Assembly (NCBI GenBank): GCA_964036045.1
Contig: OZ038378.1
Coordinates: forward strand, 16,120,001-16,184,000
DNA length: 64,000 nucleotides
Direction of reading: 5' to 3'
Source: Eutreptiella sp. 'Long Island Sound 2002'
Taxonomy: Eukaryota; Protista; Euglenida
Made by a program: the position numbers and the translations under genes. The notes beneath the pieces are model-generated. The model worked only from the letters and a program-made list of their open reading frames with translations. It was not told where the DNA came from and ran no database searches. Positions 1 through 11,039 of the stretch are shown in pieces; position 1 is the stretch's first letter, and each line of letters opens with the position of its first letter.

Positions 1-348
1 TGGCTCAAACATGGGAACGGAGACAGATTTAGGCTTTGACATGGGAGGTACAGGTATGGGCACAAACAGAAGCACAGGCATAGGCATGGGCATCAACGCG
101 CGTCGTATGTGCACGTGTACAGGCATCCGCATATGCGTCGGCAACCACAAACATTCAACAGCATGCCACAGCAAGCACGGGCATAGAACCACAACATGGA
201 CAGAACCACAGCATGATATGCATTGGCATGGGAGGGTCGCTGAAACATCAACAGGCCAATGGACACATAGTGGCAGATTTGTGTGCTACTTTGCCTGTTG
301 CCCCCTCCTTCCCCCTCATGCGATTTCCCTTGTGCTTCAATTATTCAG

Positions 349-678
349 CGACGGCTACTTGACGCGGGCCGCAGTGCGCTCCGCCATTGCAGTGGGTGGG
401 CTCCAACCGTACTGTCTCTACTATGGGAATGGATCGTCCCAAATGAAGAGTTGGCTGCAGGAGCAGAACGTGAAGATCATCCGCATTAAGCCCAGGTGGA
501 TCTCTTGGCTGCCCACAGCGATCATGAGCAGGCTCCGTGGCTTGAGCTTAAGTGCTGTGGTTCGCGATTTTCTGGTCTTCGACGCGCCGCTGGCAGATGA
601 GCTCACGCAGTACGACTACGTTCTGTATTCTGCTGCGCACGTGTATTTCAGGTCACACATCGATTGGGAGCGCTTCCA
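349..678 (+). CDS. GT8-like glycosyltransferase-fold protein, internal exon (upstream exons lie before the window)
   Basis: Acceptor ttattcag| at 348 and donor |gtatgt at 679. 330 nt, phase 2 to phase 2, encodes DGYLTRAAVRSAIAVGGLQPYCLYYG...QYDYVLYSAAHVYFRSHIDWERF. Resembles the N-half of algal GT8-type proteins (YVLYTDxDVYF region). Family assignment is from motif recognition, not a database search. Confidence 0.7.
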
Positions 679-859
679 GTATGTGCCTTGTACTTATGTG
701 TTGCCTGTGCCTGTGTCTGTGCGCGCGCGCGTGTGTCAGGCTTCGTATATAGAGCTATGCCCGGGAAGACTGACTCCGCGGGTCCGAGGATGCGGACTAC
801 CCCCCCCCCCCAGGGGCCTCCGGCCAACAGTTAGTTGCGAAAGGTGCCAGCCTCAGGAG

Positions 860-2007
860 CCCTAATCAAGACTGAATATTGGGACCGAGCTGGTGGGGGA
901 GGGAACATCAGCTATGACTGGTGAGGGACATCAAGAATGATTCACACATTGATGGCTCTTAACAAAGTGAAATCAGCTTGCACCATCACCACGAGGCCCA
1001 CTTTCAAGGCTTTTGTTGGACTTGTGAGGGTCCACAATGCCCCAAAATGGGCTCAAAATGCGCTCATTTCACCCGTTTGTGCACCCCAAATGGTCTAGTA
1101 TGAGGTTTGGAAAAATGCGTTTTTGACCCATTTCTGACCCTTTTTTGGTCCCAAAACAGCCCATTTTCAAGGCATTTTGGGATTTTGGGAGGACCAACAT
1201 GGGCCACCACAAGCTCAAAACGGTCCAAAAACACTTGTTTTAGCGTCGCACATGGTCTAGGATCATTTTTGAGAAAAGTCATCTTTTTGCCCCTACTGGA
1301 CCCTGTTGACGCATTTGGGCACCCACCTGTTTGGGCTTGAGCTTGCAGCTTGCCGCAGCCTAGTGGGCCTAGGTATTGGGGTCTAGGCGTCTATTTGGGC
1401 AATTCTGAGGGGTGGAAACCACAAAAAGTGGGGGGTTGCGGGTGGAGTAGGTGCCCTCGGAATCGCATTTTGAGCCATGTAGCCAAAGATATGGCCTATT
1501 CTTGGTTGTCGGCATTTGGTGGCTGTCGGCATTTGGAGCTTGTGGGGGCCTTTTTGGGCCGTTTCCGGGACATAGCATGGAGTTAGAGGGCTGCAAAGAG
1601 CTCGTTGACACGGGGAAGTCAAGCCGCATGTGGAGTGTACCCACCGTTTCCCTTCGTTTGGCCGTTTTGAATGTGTTCTAGGGCTTTTTTGGCCCAAAAT
1701 TGGCTGTTTTTGGCCCTAAACTGCAGTTTTCGAAACTGAGGTCCGCCACTTGCGAACCCCGTTCCCGGCCGCCACCGTGGAGTTTCTTGCTCAAAATTTG
1801 TGTGATTGTACTTCACACCCATAGGTATCATCCACCAAAATTTCAGCCGAATCTGAAGCACCATGACGGAGTTCTGATTTTTCCCCATTTCGCGCGTGCT
1901 GCTTGCTTGCTTGCTGCTTGCTGCTTGCTTGCTTGCCAAACCTGTCAGGTCCACCCTAGACACTAAAAAGGGTTATAAAACCAAGACTGGTTCCACCAGC
2001 TCGGTGA
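860..2007. repeat. 1.15-1.4-kb tandem element family, copy A1
   Basis: Near-identical to 2008-3190 with a period of 1147-1148 bp. Begins ccctaatcaagactgaatattgggaccgagctggtgg, ends gggttataaaaccaagactggttccaccagctcggtga, and has a (GCTT/GCT)n microsatellite near the 3' end. Confidence 0.9.
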
Positions 2008-3190
2008 CCCTAATCAAGACTGAATATTGGGACCGAGCTGGTGGGAGAGGGAACATCAGCTATGACTGGTGAGGGACATCAAGAATGATTCACACATTGA
2101 TGGCTCTTGACAAAGTGAAATCAGCTTGCACCATCACCACGAGGCCCACTTTCAAGGCTTTTGTTGGACTTCTGAGGGTCCACAATGCCCCAAAATGGGC
2201 TCAAAATGCGCTCATTTCACCCGTTTGTGCACCCCAAATGGTCTAGTATGAGGTTTGGAAAAATGCGTTTTTGACCCATTTTTGACCCATTTTTGGTCCC
2301 AAAACAACCCATTTTCAAGGCATTTTCAGATTTTGGGAGGACCAAAATGGGCCACCACAAGCTCAAAACGGTCCAAAACACTTGTTTTAGCGTCGCACAT
2401 GGTCTAGGATCATTTTTGAGAAAAGTCATCTTTTTGCCCCTACTGGACCCTGTTGACGCATTTGGGCACCCACCTGTTTGGGCTTGAGCTTGCAGCTTGC
2501 CGCAGCCTAGTGGGCCTAGGTATTGGGGTCTAGGCGTCTGTTTGGGCAATTCTGAGGGGTGGAAACCACAAAAAGTGGGGGGTTGCGGGTGGAGTAGGTG
2601 CCCTCGGAATCGCATTTTGAGCCATGTAGCCAAAGATATGGCCTATTCTTGGTTGTCGGCATTTGGTGGCTGTCGGCATTTGGAGCTTGTGGGGGCCTTT
2701 TTGGGCCGTTTCCGGGACATATCATGGAGTTAGAGGGCTGCAAAGAGCTCGTTGACACGGGGAAGTCAAGCCGCACGTGGAGTGTACCCACCGTTTCCCT
2801 TCGTTTGGCCGTTTTGAATGTGTTCTAGGGCTTTTTTGGCCCAAAAATGGCTGTTTTTGGCCCTAAACTGCAGTTTTTGAAACTGAGGTCCGCCACTTGC
2901 GAATCCCGTTCCCGGCCGCCACCGTGGAGTTTCTTGCTCAAACTTTGTGTGATTGTACTTCACACCCATAGGTATCATCCACCAAAATTTCACCTGAATC
3001 CGAAGCACCATGACGGAGTTCTGATTTTTCCCCATTTCGCGCGTGCTGCTTGCTTGCTTGCTGCTTGCTGCTTGCTTGCTTGCTGCTTGCTGCTTGCTGC
3101 TTGCTGCTTGCTTGCTGCTAAACTTGGTAGGTCCACCCTAGACACTAAAAAGGGTTATAAAACCAAGACTGGTTCCACCAGCTCGGTGAC
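2008..3190. repeat. 1.15-1.4-kb tandem element family, copy A2
   Basis: Direct tandem copy of 860-2007 with an expanded GCTT/GCT microsatellite (about 3045-3120). Confidence 0.9.
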
Positions 3191-3380
3191 CCAACCTTAG
3201 CCCAAACCCCAACCCTAGCTCTAACCCGAGGCCAGGGTTAGAGTTGGTGTTGGGGTCCAAAATTGATGAAGCAAAAAGCAGCCATGAACAAAAATTTGAA
3301 GATCTTGTCCAGCCTAATCAACATGGCTGGCATGCCTGAATCAGCTCCCTGCAAAGGTTAGGGTTAGGTTTAGGGTAATG
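3191..3380. repeat. Degenerate interstitial telomere-like repeats (CCCTAA-like, then TTAGGG-like)
   Basis: ccaaccttagcccaaacccccaaccctagctctaaccc-gaggcca-gggttagagttggtgttggggt, and later ggttagggttaggtttagggt at about 3357-3377. Confidence 0.55.
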
Positions 3381-3745
3381 GTATGGTGAGAGGGAGGGCA
3401 AGGGGGAGGTAAGATTGGCCTGTGATTAACCAATGCTTGGCTTTGGGGGCATGGCATGTAGCCCTCCCCCAGCGCCAACCCCCCCCAAGCCCCTCCTGGG
3501 CGTAGATAGCGTAGATACTTAAAATTTTTTTTCTTTCTCAGTAAAATGACTCCATTGGCAATGTTGGGTGCCAAGGTAACCAACGGGTTCCTGGGGGCAC
3601 TGTTCAACAAAGCCACGGAAGAAGCGATCGGATCCCTGCACACAGAAGGCCAAGCAGAAGAAGCAGAAAACCAGCGACAAAGCACCCACTGTCAACACCC
3701 ATTCCGATGGCAAGAGCCTCCAGCAACAGTGCCAGCAGTTCCAGT

Positions 3746-3782
<37 letters not shown>

Positions 3783-3812
3783 ACACCAGCAAAGCGCCTG
3801 CATAGGGACTAG

Positions 3813-4771
3813 CAGGGTTTTTCACTGAAACGTGGCACGTTAAATCACGTTAAATCACGTTTTACCACGTTTTGAGCCGATTTGCCAAATCACGTTAAAC
3901 CACGTTAAATCACGTTAAATCACGTTTCATTGGGTTTGGGCCTGTCCTTCCCTGGCATGCCATGTGAATGCGCAACATAGAAGTGAGACACGGTGTCAAC
4001 TGACACTGTGTTCTCTGTAGGTAATCAAGACCAGATCAAGTCCAGCGGATGACAACACGCGCCATTTCCGTGTCAGGCCCCTTTGTCTGTGCTCCTTTTC
4101 ATTATGCCTGATGACCCAGAGACCAACAGTGCAACAGCCAGAGTATGGAAGCGGGGCAGCACTTTCAACGCAGTGAAGCGTGCCCGGCAATTTCCTGACG
4201 ATTTCATTGCCAAGGGTGAAGAAATTATGTGGTGTACGTCATGCCAATGCTCCGTGTCTTGGCTGGAGAAGAGCCATGCCAAAAACCATTTGTCGTCCGC
4301 CAGTCACAAACGTGCCAAGTTGAATGCAGGGAAACTAAACAAGCAGCCTGGTCTAAGTGCGCCGGTTGAATCACCACCTGTGGCAGCAACATCAACGCAA
4401 CCCCCCCCAAGCACGACAATCCCAGAAGTGAATGATAACACTCGAAAGGTAGTGCAAGTGCAGCCAGATTTGATCTCATCTGTACTATTCCTGTAGCATT
4501 CAAATGTGTGAAGAAATGATTTTGGTGGACTGAGAATTGTCTCCTACAAACCTGTCCAGTGCATTGCCCTGTGTTACATGTTCCCAAGGACAGGGCTGAT
4601 GAATGAGATTGGTGTACAGGGGTTTACCATGTCCAGAATCCACAGAGCAGCATGGAATTGCAACCCAGAAATCACGTTAAAAATCACGTTAAATCACGTC
4701 AAATCACGTTAAATCACGTTAAATCACGTTTCATCCGGGGCAGCCCAATCACGTTTCTATGAAAAACCCTG
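3813..4771 (+). mobile_element. Non-autonomous hAT-type DNA transposon (959 bp) with a CGGBP1-like zinc-finger remnant
   Basis: 22-bp TIRs CAGGGTTTTTCA(CT/TA)GAAACGTG (20/22 match), flanking duplication GGACTAG, and subterminal AAATCACGTT arrays at both ends (3835-3930, 4669-4732). Confidence 0.85.
4104..4496 (+). pseudogene. Truncated transposase N-terminus, CGGBP1-like C2H2 finger
   Basis: ATG at 4104. RARQFPDDFIAKGEEIMWCTSCQCSVSWLEKSHAKNHLSSASHKRAK matches the CGGBP1/hAT-type pattern CxxC...HLxSxxH. There is no DDE domain inside the element. Confidence 0.65.
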
Positions 4772-6820
4772 GGACTAGGAGGAGATGTATATTTGGGAAA
4801 GGGATGATCACCAGCAAGTCGCCTGCAACAACCGAGGACTAACCAGAAAAATCCAAAAAAAGAAAAAAAGTTAGAAAAGATCAAAAACTCAAGAAAAAAA
4901 AAGCAGAGAACAAAAAAAAAGCAAAAAAAGGGAGCAAGGCCAGGAAGGGAAGGGAAGCGAACCCTCGGGGCCCACTGTGAAGAACATCCCCAAGAGCCGA
5001 CAAAGAAGCAAACGAACCGAAACAGAACCGGCGGGATCGTATATTGTTTTGGCGTGTATGATAGCATCACTGTGCATGCATGACTTGGGGAATTGGAGTC
5101 GGGGGAAGTGCACAGTGGGGCCGGGATGCCATACCGGGGAGAGCGCCGACAACAATTTTTTTGAAATGTGTGGTCACCCCCCCCGCCCCCCCCAACGTGA
5201 ATAAGAGGGAGGGGGTTCTGGGTGGGTTCCAGCTTGGGTGGGTGGGGGTAAGGATGGGGACCTCCCCCTCTGATATCTCTGATATACGAAGGCTTGTGTG
5301 TGTTTGTGTGTCTGTGCATGTGCTTGTTTCTGTGCGTGCCTCTATGCTGGCGTTGGTGCCTGTGCTTCTGTTTGTGCCTGTGTCCGTATGTATATTGCGT
5401 CTGTATGGATGTCTGTGTCTGCATCTATGCTTGTGCTTGTACCTGTGCCTCAGGTTGTTTTTGCCTCTGCGCCTGCATTCAGCCTGTGTCTCTGCTTGGT
5501 CTGTGTCTATGTCTCTGGGTGTCCGTCTGCACGCACCATTGATTGTGCCGCGCATGGGTCTATGCGTAGGTGTGCTCATCAGCCTGCAGCCTTCAGGGGC
5601 GTGCGCCCCATCTTGGGGAGGGCTTGAGGTTGAATGGAGACAGTAATCCCGTGATTCAGCCCAACCGCTCACATAGGGCCCCCTGTTGGTTTGGGAACAC
5701 CATCTCTGGCGTCTGCTGCCCTGGCCAAGGCTGACTGCCGGGCGCGGACCCCCCTCCCCCCCCCTTCTGCGCGCTGGATGGGGTCCCCGCGGCCCTCCTG
5801 GCGATGGCAGGCTCAAGCACACCTTGGGAAAGATACCCCCCCGCTGGCTGCCATCCATCAGGGGACGGCCCAGTGGTACCGGGGCACACCATTGGGCAGT
5901 GGCTGAGGTGCAAGGGGACCGACAACAGACGTGCACACGTACGTGTGTGTGCGTGTAAGCGGCATGTGTGTACGTGTGCCTACGTATGTGGTCCGCGTAT
6001 CCGTGACGTATGCGCGACACACCGGCGACACGGGCGCAGGCACAGATGGCCCAGGCACAGATGCGGTGGCGGACTTCAAGTGTGTAGCAGCAGCGGTCAC
6101 CTTCTGCCGCATCTCGGCTGCTAGCTGCTGTGCCTGCGCAGCGGCTGCCTTGTCCTGGGAAGCCTTTTGCCAAGCAACATCCAAAGCACTGTTCACACCC
6201 CCTTCTTTCGCTTGCAACTCATCAGCCTTGGCTTGAAGCTTGCGTTGCTGGGCTTGGGCCTGGTCCGGGCATGGACCCAGAGGTCGGCCGAGCACAGGGA
6301 CAGGGCGTCTCGGGTGTGGTCCGTGAGGCCGTGCTCACCACGCTACCGGCCTTTCACGTTGCTTATGCGTCTGTGCCCGTATATGTACCACTGCCTCTGC
6401 CTTTGCCCGTCCTTATGCCTATGTCAGGGCGTATACGCAGCCACATCCCCTTCAGCTTCGTGGCGGGCACGCCTCCTCGGGTGTCCTCCTCAGTCCGCGG
6501 GCTTGAGGCGTGGGCTTGAACTGGGGTCTGGGAGTGGCTTTGGTTCCCCGTTGCCCCGGGCACCTGCACAGGCCTGAGTACCCGCTGGCAGAGGCGGCCA
6601 CAGACACAGACACAACGGCCCGATGGGAGGGAACCGATTGCGGGTGGGGGGTAACCGTCAGCAATCTATTTTGTCAATGTGATGGAGCCCCCCCCCCTAC
6701 CTCTGGTTTGCATTTGTCTGTTTTTTAATTAGGTCACACCCCCCCCCCTACGGACGGCCCTGTTTGCCTGCGCCTGACCGTGCCCATGCGTTGATCTGCC
6801 ATGCTGTCAATTATCTGCAG

Positions 6821-7298
6821 TTACCCACTGCCGCTGTCGCTGGGGATGCGGCTGGACTATGCGGACCACCATCCGGGCCTGGCCATCCTCAACCTGGAGA
6901 CCATGCGTACCCAGCACGACATGCTCTTGAACCAGGTGCGGGTGGGCGCCGTGGGGCAGCCCACGGCCCGCGGAGAGCTGACCGGGCACACCGCCCTGGC
7001 CCAGTTCTTCCATCCCACGATGGCGGGCTGGCCGCACATGCCCGGCACCTGCTACGCCACTGCCCACACCCCCTTCGAACAGGATGCGGCCGCGGTGTTC
7101 TGGCTCACCGTCAAGCCGCACGACTACGTGTCGTACTTGCACCGGGGCGCGTGCCGGCACGGGGACCTGTGCCGGGAGGGGCTCCGCAGCCGAGGCGTGT
7201 GCAAGTACGCGGTGGAGTGGGTGCGCTGGAGTGACGCCAACGAGGCCGCGTCACAACTCCCGAAACTGTGCAAGCTGCAGGAGCAGGAGATTGCATAG
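6821..7298 (+). CDS. GT8-like glycosyltransferase-fold protein, terminal exon
   Basis: Acceptor atctgcag| at 6820, phase 2, matches the 349-678 exon (ca|t = His, giving WERFHYPLPLSLGM). Open to TAG at 7296-7298 with C/G-ending codon bias. HPGLAILNL, GHTALAQFF and FWLTVKPHDY are colinear with the GT8 motifs NxGV(M/L)LxN, DQ(G/D)xLN and HFxGPKP. Confidence 0.7.
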
Positions 7299-9349
7299 CC
7301 TCGTGGGTCCGGGACGCATGAATCGGCGACTGGCAACGGAGCTGCGTCGACCACGACCGTCCCGTGGGAACTCGGCCCCCCTAATCCCAGTCCTCAGGCA
7401 ATCCCTGGGATTCAGGGCCACCGGTGCCGTAGGCGCTGTCGCGAATCCAAACGGCGATCGCCGGGGCTGCCGTGGCAGCCCCTCACTCTCCGCAGACTGA
7501 CTGACCTTGACTGACCGAAACTTTGCGGGCGACCCATTCCATCCCTCCTGCTTGATCCGAAGTGTGACATCAGTCACTGCAAGTCAGAGCGACCCCCAAA
7601 GGTAACCCCCACGAGAGCCAGTGTTGTGTGTGTATTGTGGGAGATGACACAAATGACGATGCAAAAATACGCATCCTTTTGGGTGAGCAGCTCTGTCCAG
7701 TGTTCTGTTGGTGGAGCAGGGAAACCAGCTTCAGTGCGGGCTGGTTTTTTTTTTGGAACAGGGAAAGAGGGAATTTCCTCACTGCCGTCCTGGGCCCCGG
7801 CCGACACGGACGACCCAGTTGAGGAGGTCCCTCCAACATCCCTGCTCCATCCATCCGTGGAAGGGGGGGGGGTGTAGGTGCTCCAGCAGCTCCAAAGGGC
7901 CCCTGCCTGGACAGGAGAGCCTCGATGGGCCTGTGCAAGTCAGCAACGCAGTGCAGGGTGTTGAACTCGAAGGGTTGGACCACAAATGCACGGTTTTCGC
8001 ATGAGACTGGAGCGGGAGACGGCTGACCACCCCCGTTCTCAGGAGAAAAGGACTTCAGCGCCGGGGGAGGGGGGGTGCCGTTCTGTGGGCTGGCCATCTG
8101 CAGCGAAGAAGTCGCGGCCGCAGTGTCCACTCCCCATGTCTCAGCCTCACAGGCCCATCGCAGTTCAACCCAGGTGGACCCTGGTCTCGCCCCTGGGCAT
8201 AGGTGGCGAGCAGCAGTCCCCCAAGCGTGTTGACAGCTGACATCGCACTGCGGATGTGGACCCGTGCTGTGCTGTGTGCGGTCTGTGTGTGCTCTGTGCG
8301 GTGCTGTGCGCGGTCAACAGCAGGCAATCACGTGATAACCACAGTCAAGTAGCCACATGGCCATGTCAGGAAGTGGTCCACCTCAGCAGGTCGTAACCCA
8401 CTGCACCACACTCGAAATGGACAAGCCACAAGAACGAAGGGACACTGGCAGGTATGGGCCCCAAAGCCTCTAGCTGATGGAGATGGCCTGCGCCCTGATC
8501 AGCCCCATGCCCAGTATCACAAGGTTGCAGGTGGCCTTCTACAGCTCAGTGTAAGCCCAAGCGTCCACGAGGGTCGCACTGCTTGTCTGACCTGTTCGCC
8601 GTGGGAAATACCACCGATGCCTCCACAGCATGGCAAGGTACCCGGCCACAGGAGTCTGGCTGGGGGTGGTGGGGGTTATAAACAGAAAGGGTTGAAAAAC
8701 TGCTGATAAGAAGAAAGATTTATTTGGGCACGAGGGAAGCCGGTATATGCACCTGGTTCAACCACAAGCACATTTTCAAGTCAGCTTAGACAGGTCCCAC
8801 TGACACTTAGAGACAGTATGGACGAGCGTGGGGGTGTACAAGTAAGGACTTGCGTGTCTTCATTTGCTTACATTTGGACGGTCCTGCAGTGTTGTGTGTT
8901 CACTGCAGTACGACGGCTCTCTCTGACATCCATTGCCACACGATTCTTTTATGATGACCTAGCAGCAGCCCTCGGGACCCTGAAGACCCTTTTCCAACTC
9001 CTTCCTTCTGCTTCCCTGCCCCATGAGGGGCTCCTGGCAGTGCCCGCCCTTTCAGTCTCTCTCCTGAAATTTTTCTCGCTCACCGGTGCCATCCTTGATC
9101 CCTCTTCGTCCTCTGTTTTGTATTGCAGTCAGGGCTGGCTTCAAAGATCAGTTGGCCGATGGCGATTGATGTCCAACCGACGGTGGTTGGTGGCTGATTG
9201 ACTGCGCGAGGGCGACAGGGAATGGCAGAGGGAGGGAAAATATGACGAGGCAAGGTAGCACAAGAGCAAGGGTGGCAGGGCACCAGGAATACCGTGCCTT
9301 TGATCCCCTGCGAAAGCTGAGTGTTGCTTGAGTCAGGACATCCCATCGA

Positions 9350-9398
9350 TACCCCACTACCCCATTACCCCATTACCCCATTACCCCATTATCCCATT
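9350..9398. repeat. (TTACCCCA)n octamer tandem repeat, about 6 imperfect copies
   Basis: taccccactaccccattaccccattaccccattaccccattatcccatt. Confidence 0.8.
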
Positions 9399-11039
9399 GA
9401 GGCGGGATGGTACAATGGAGCCGGCCCTGCCCTGCACTTGTGGCCGCTTTCCGTTCCGTTGATTGATCTTTTGACCTCCCCCCCCCCCCCCGGAAAACTG
9501 CATCAAATTGCGTTCAATTCCATACAATCGAAACTGGAATGATTTCAGGGTCTCTGGTGCGCGTGATCAGTGCAGAGTCAGGCAAGGGCCCTTTTGATGC
9601 ACCTGCTGCGGTCCCCAGTGCCTTCTTGACAGGGCCATGCACTCCAAACACGCAGGACATGCTGCGGGGCTGTCCTTGACAGGGCCCTGTGCGCAGAAAC
9701 TGAATGCTGCGGTGTTGTCTGGGATGCCATTGAAATCTTAACCTCCACCTTCTGCACTGAGGCCTGGTGTGCACGTGCACAACACACACATCTTGGCCCG
9801 TGACAGTACCGTTGGCACAGTGTCCTGTGACGCTTTGCCTACGCTTTCTCAAAGTTTGGCAAAACGTCCTGACACAGTCAACGGGTTGAGGACTCCAGAA
9901 GCTTGAGCCATATCCTGCTGAGAGCCATCTGCTGGGCATCAGCAGACGTGAGCGGACTATTTACTCATGCACCCTTGGCCATGCAGTTCCCTCCAGTGGA
10001 GCAGCTTCTTATGGTGACTGGAATCATCGGAGCATAAAGACCGAGTAAATGGGTGTAGCAAGTGTGGGTGTAAGATGTAGCATTTTGAGCAAGTGTCACA
10101 CGTACCGCACACCCGCCGCCGACACTTCCCCCGCCCGCTGACCGCCCGCTGCGGGCACTGACGGCAGCCCCACGGGTGCCCGCCCCGCCGATGACGGCGC
10201 TGCCGGCCCTGGCAGACCCCTGGCCCCCCAGGCCGCCGCCTTCCACGCCCACGGGGCACCCCGCGGGCGTGCTGGGGGGTTCTGAACGCCCGTACACCTC
10301 TCGACCGTGGTCCGCAGCTAAGCATGTAGCAAATGTAGCAGTGTGGATGTGCCTAGTGTAGCAGATGTGGCAGGAGTAGTAGGTGAAGCAAGTACAGCAG
10401 GTGTAGCACGTGTGCCGGGTGCAGCCGGTGCTTGCAAGACCATGTCCACCATGGCGAACCTCTGCTGTTTATTGGCCAAAGCCGTTTGGGCACAACTGAA
10501 AAGCCCCGGACTGGAGACAACACAGGCACCTACTCCTTCCTATGAAAAGCCCTGGACTGGAGGTTATCACAACATGTGCCTTTTCCCATTAAAGGCCCAC
10601 AGTCTTTCCGAGGCCAAGGCGTACTTTGGGTCTCCATGGTTGAAAAGCTATGTGATGAGGCCTGGGATTGTTTGTCACAACCCCAGCTGCTGCCTAGCTG
10701 TTTACAAGGTTCTCACGAGCTGAATGCCGAGAACAGGATCGAACAGGGCACTGGCCCGTTGAAAATAATACTGGTAGTCCCGCATTTTCACCAGCCCTGG
10801 TGCGGGCACCAAGAAATGTGGTGCCTGACCAAGCAACTATAGTCTAAAAGAATGCTTTTTGGGGTTGACTCCATGGTCATGGCCCATTTCTGGCAGGACC
10901 ATGAGTCTGAAGGAAAGTTCAGTGCAGAGTGCTCCTCTTACCTAAGCAGCTTTTTCTCCAAAACAATGGTTTTGATGCTTGTTCAACCTCCCTCCATTGA
11001 TGTGGTCCACGTCTCCATTGCCACACTCAACAACCTTTG

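Larger units (their letters stand above)
737..5296. mobile_element. Composite TIR-bounded element (about 4.56 kb) in a (TG)n tract, carrying nested repeats
   Basis: Left end aggcttcgtatatagagctat (738-758) matches the reverse complement of atatctctgatatacgaaggct (5273-5294) at 19/22 positions with one gap. TG repeats flank both sides. Confidence 0.5.

Noticed and set aside
11-348. N-terminal part of ORF 11..865 (MGTETDLG...)
   Set aside because: Low-complexity ggcat/cacag repeats upstream of a clear acceptor at 348, so it is intronic. The ORF tail after 678 likewise runs into repeats.
1064-3200. Many 70-140-aa ORFs duplicated in both tandem units (and in 49578-52500)
   Set aside because: They overlap on both strands, lack recognisable domains, and are broken differently among copies. 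They are by-products of a repeat.
3191-3380. True chromosome end or telomere
   Set aside because: The repeats are short, degenerate and internal to a spliced intron.
3519-3825. Poly-Cys, poly-Ala and poly-Leu ORFs (also 28755-29142, 35464-35828, 45658-45994, 61603-61900)
   Set aside because: Translations of (GCA)n and (CA)n microsatellites.
3835-3930. Regular AAATCACGTT repeats as a CRISPR-like array
   Set aside because: No unique spacers and no cas genes. They are subterminal repeats inside hAT TIRs.
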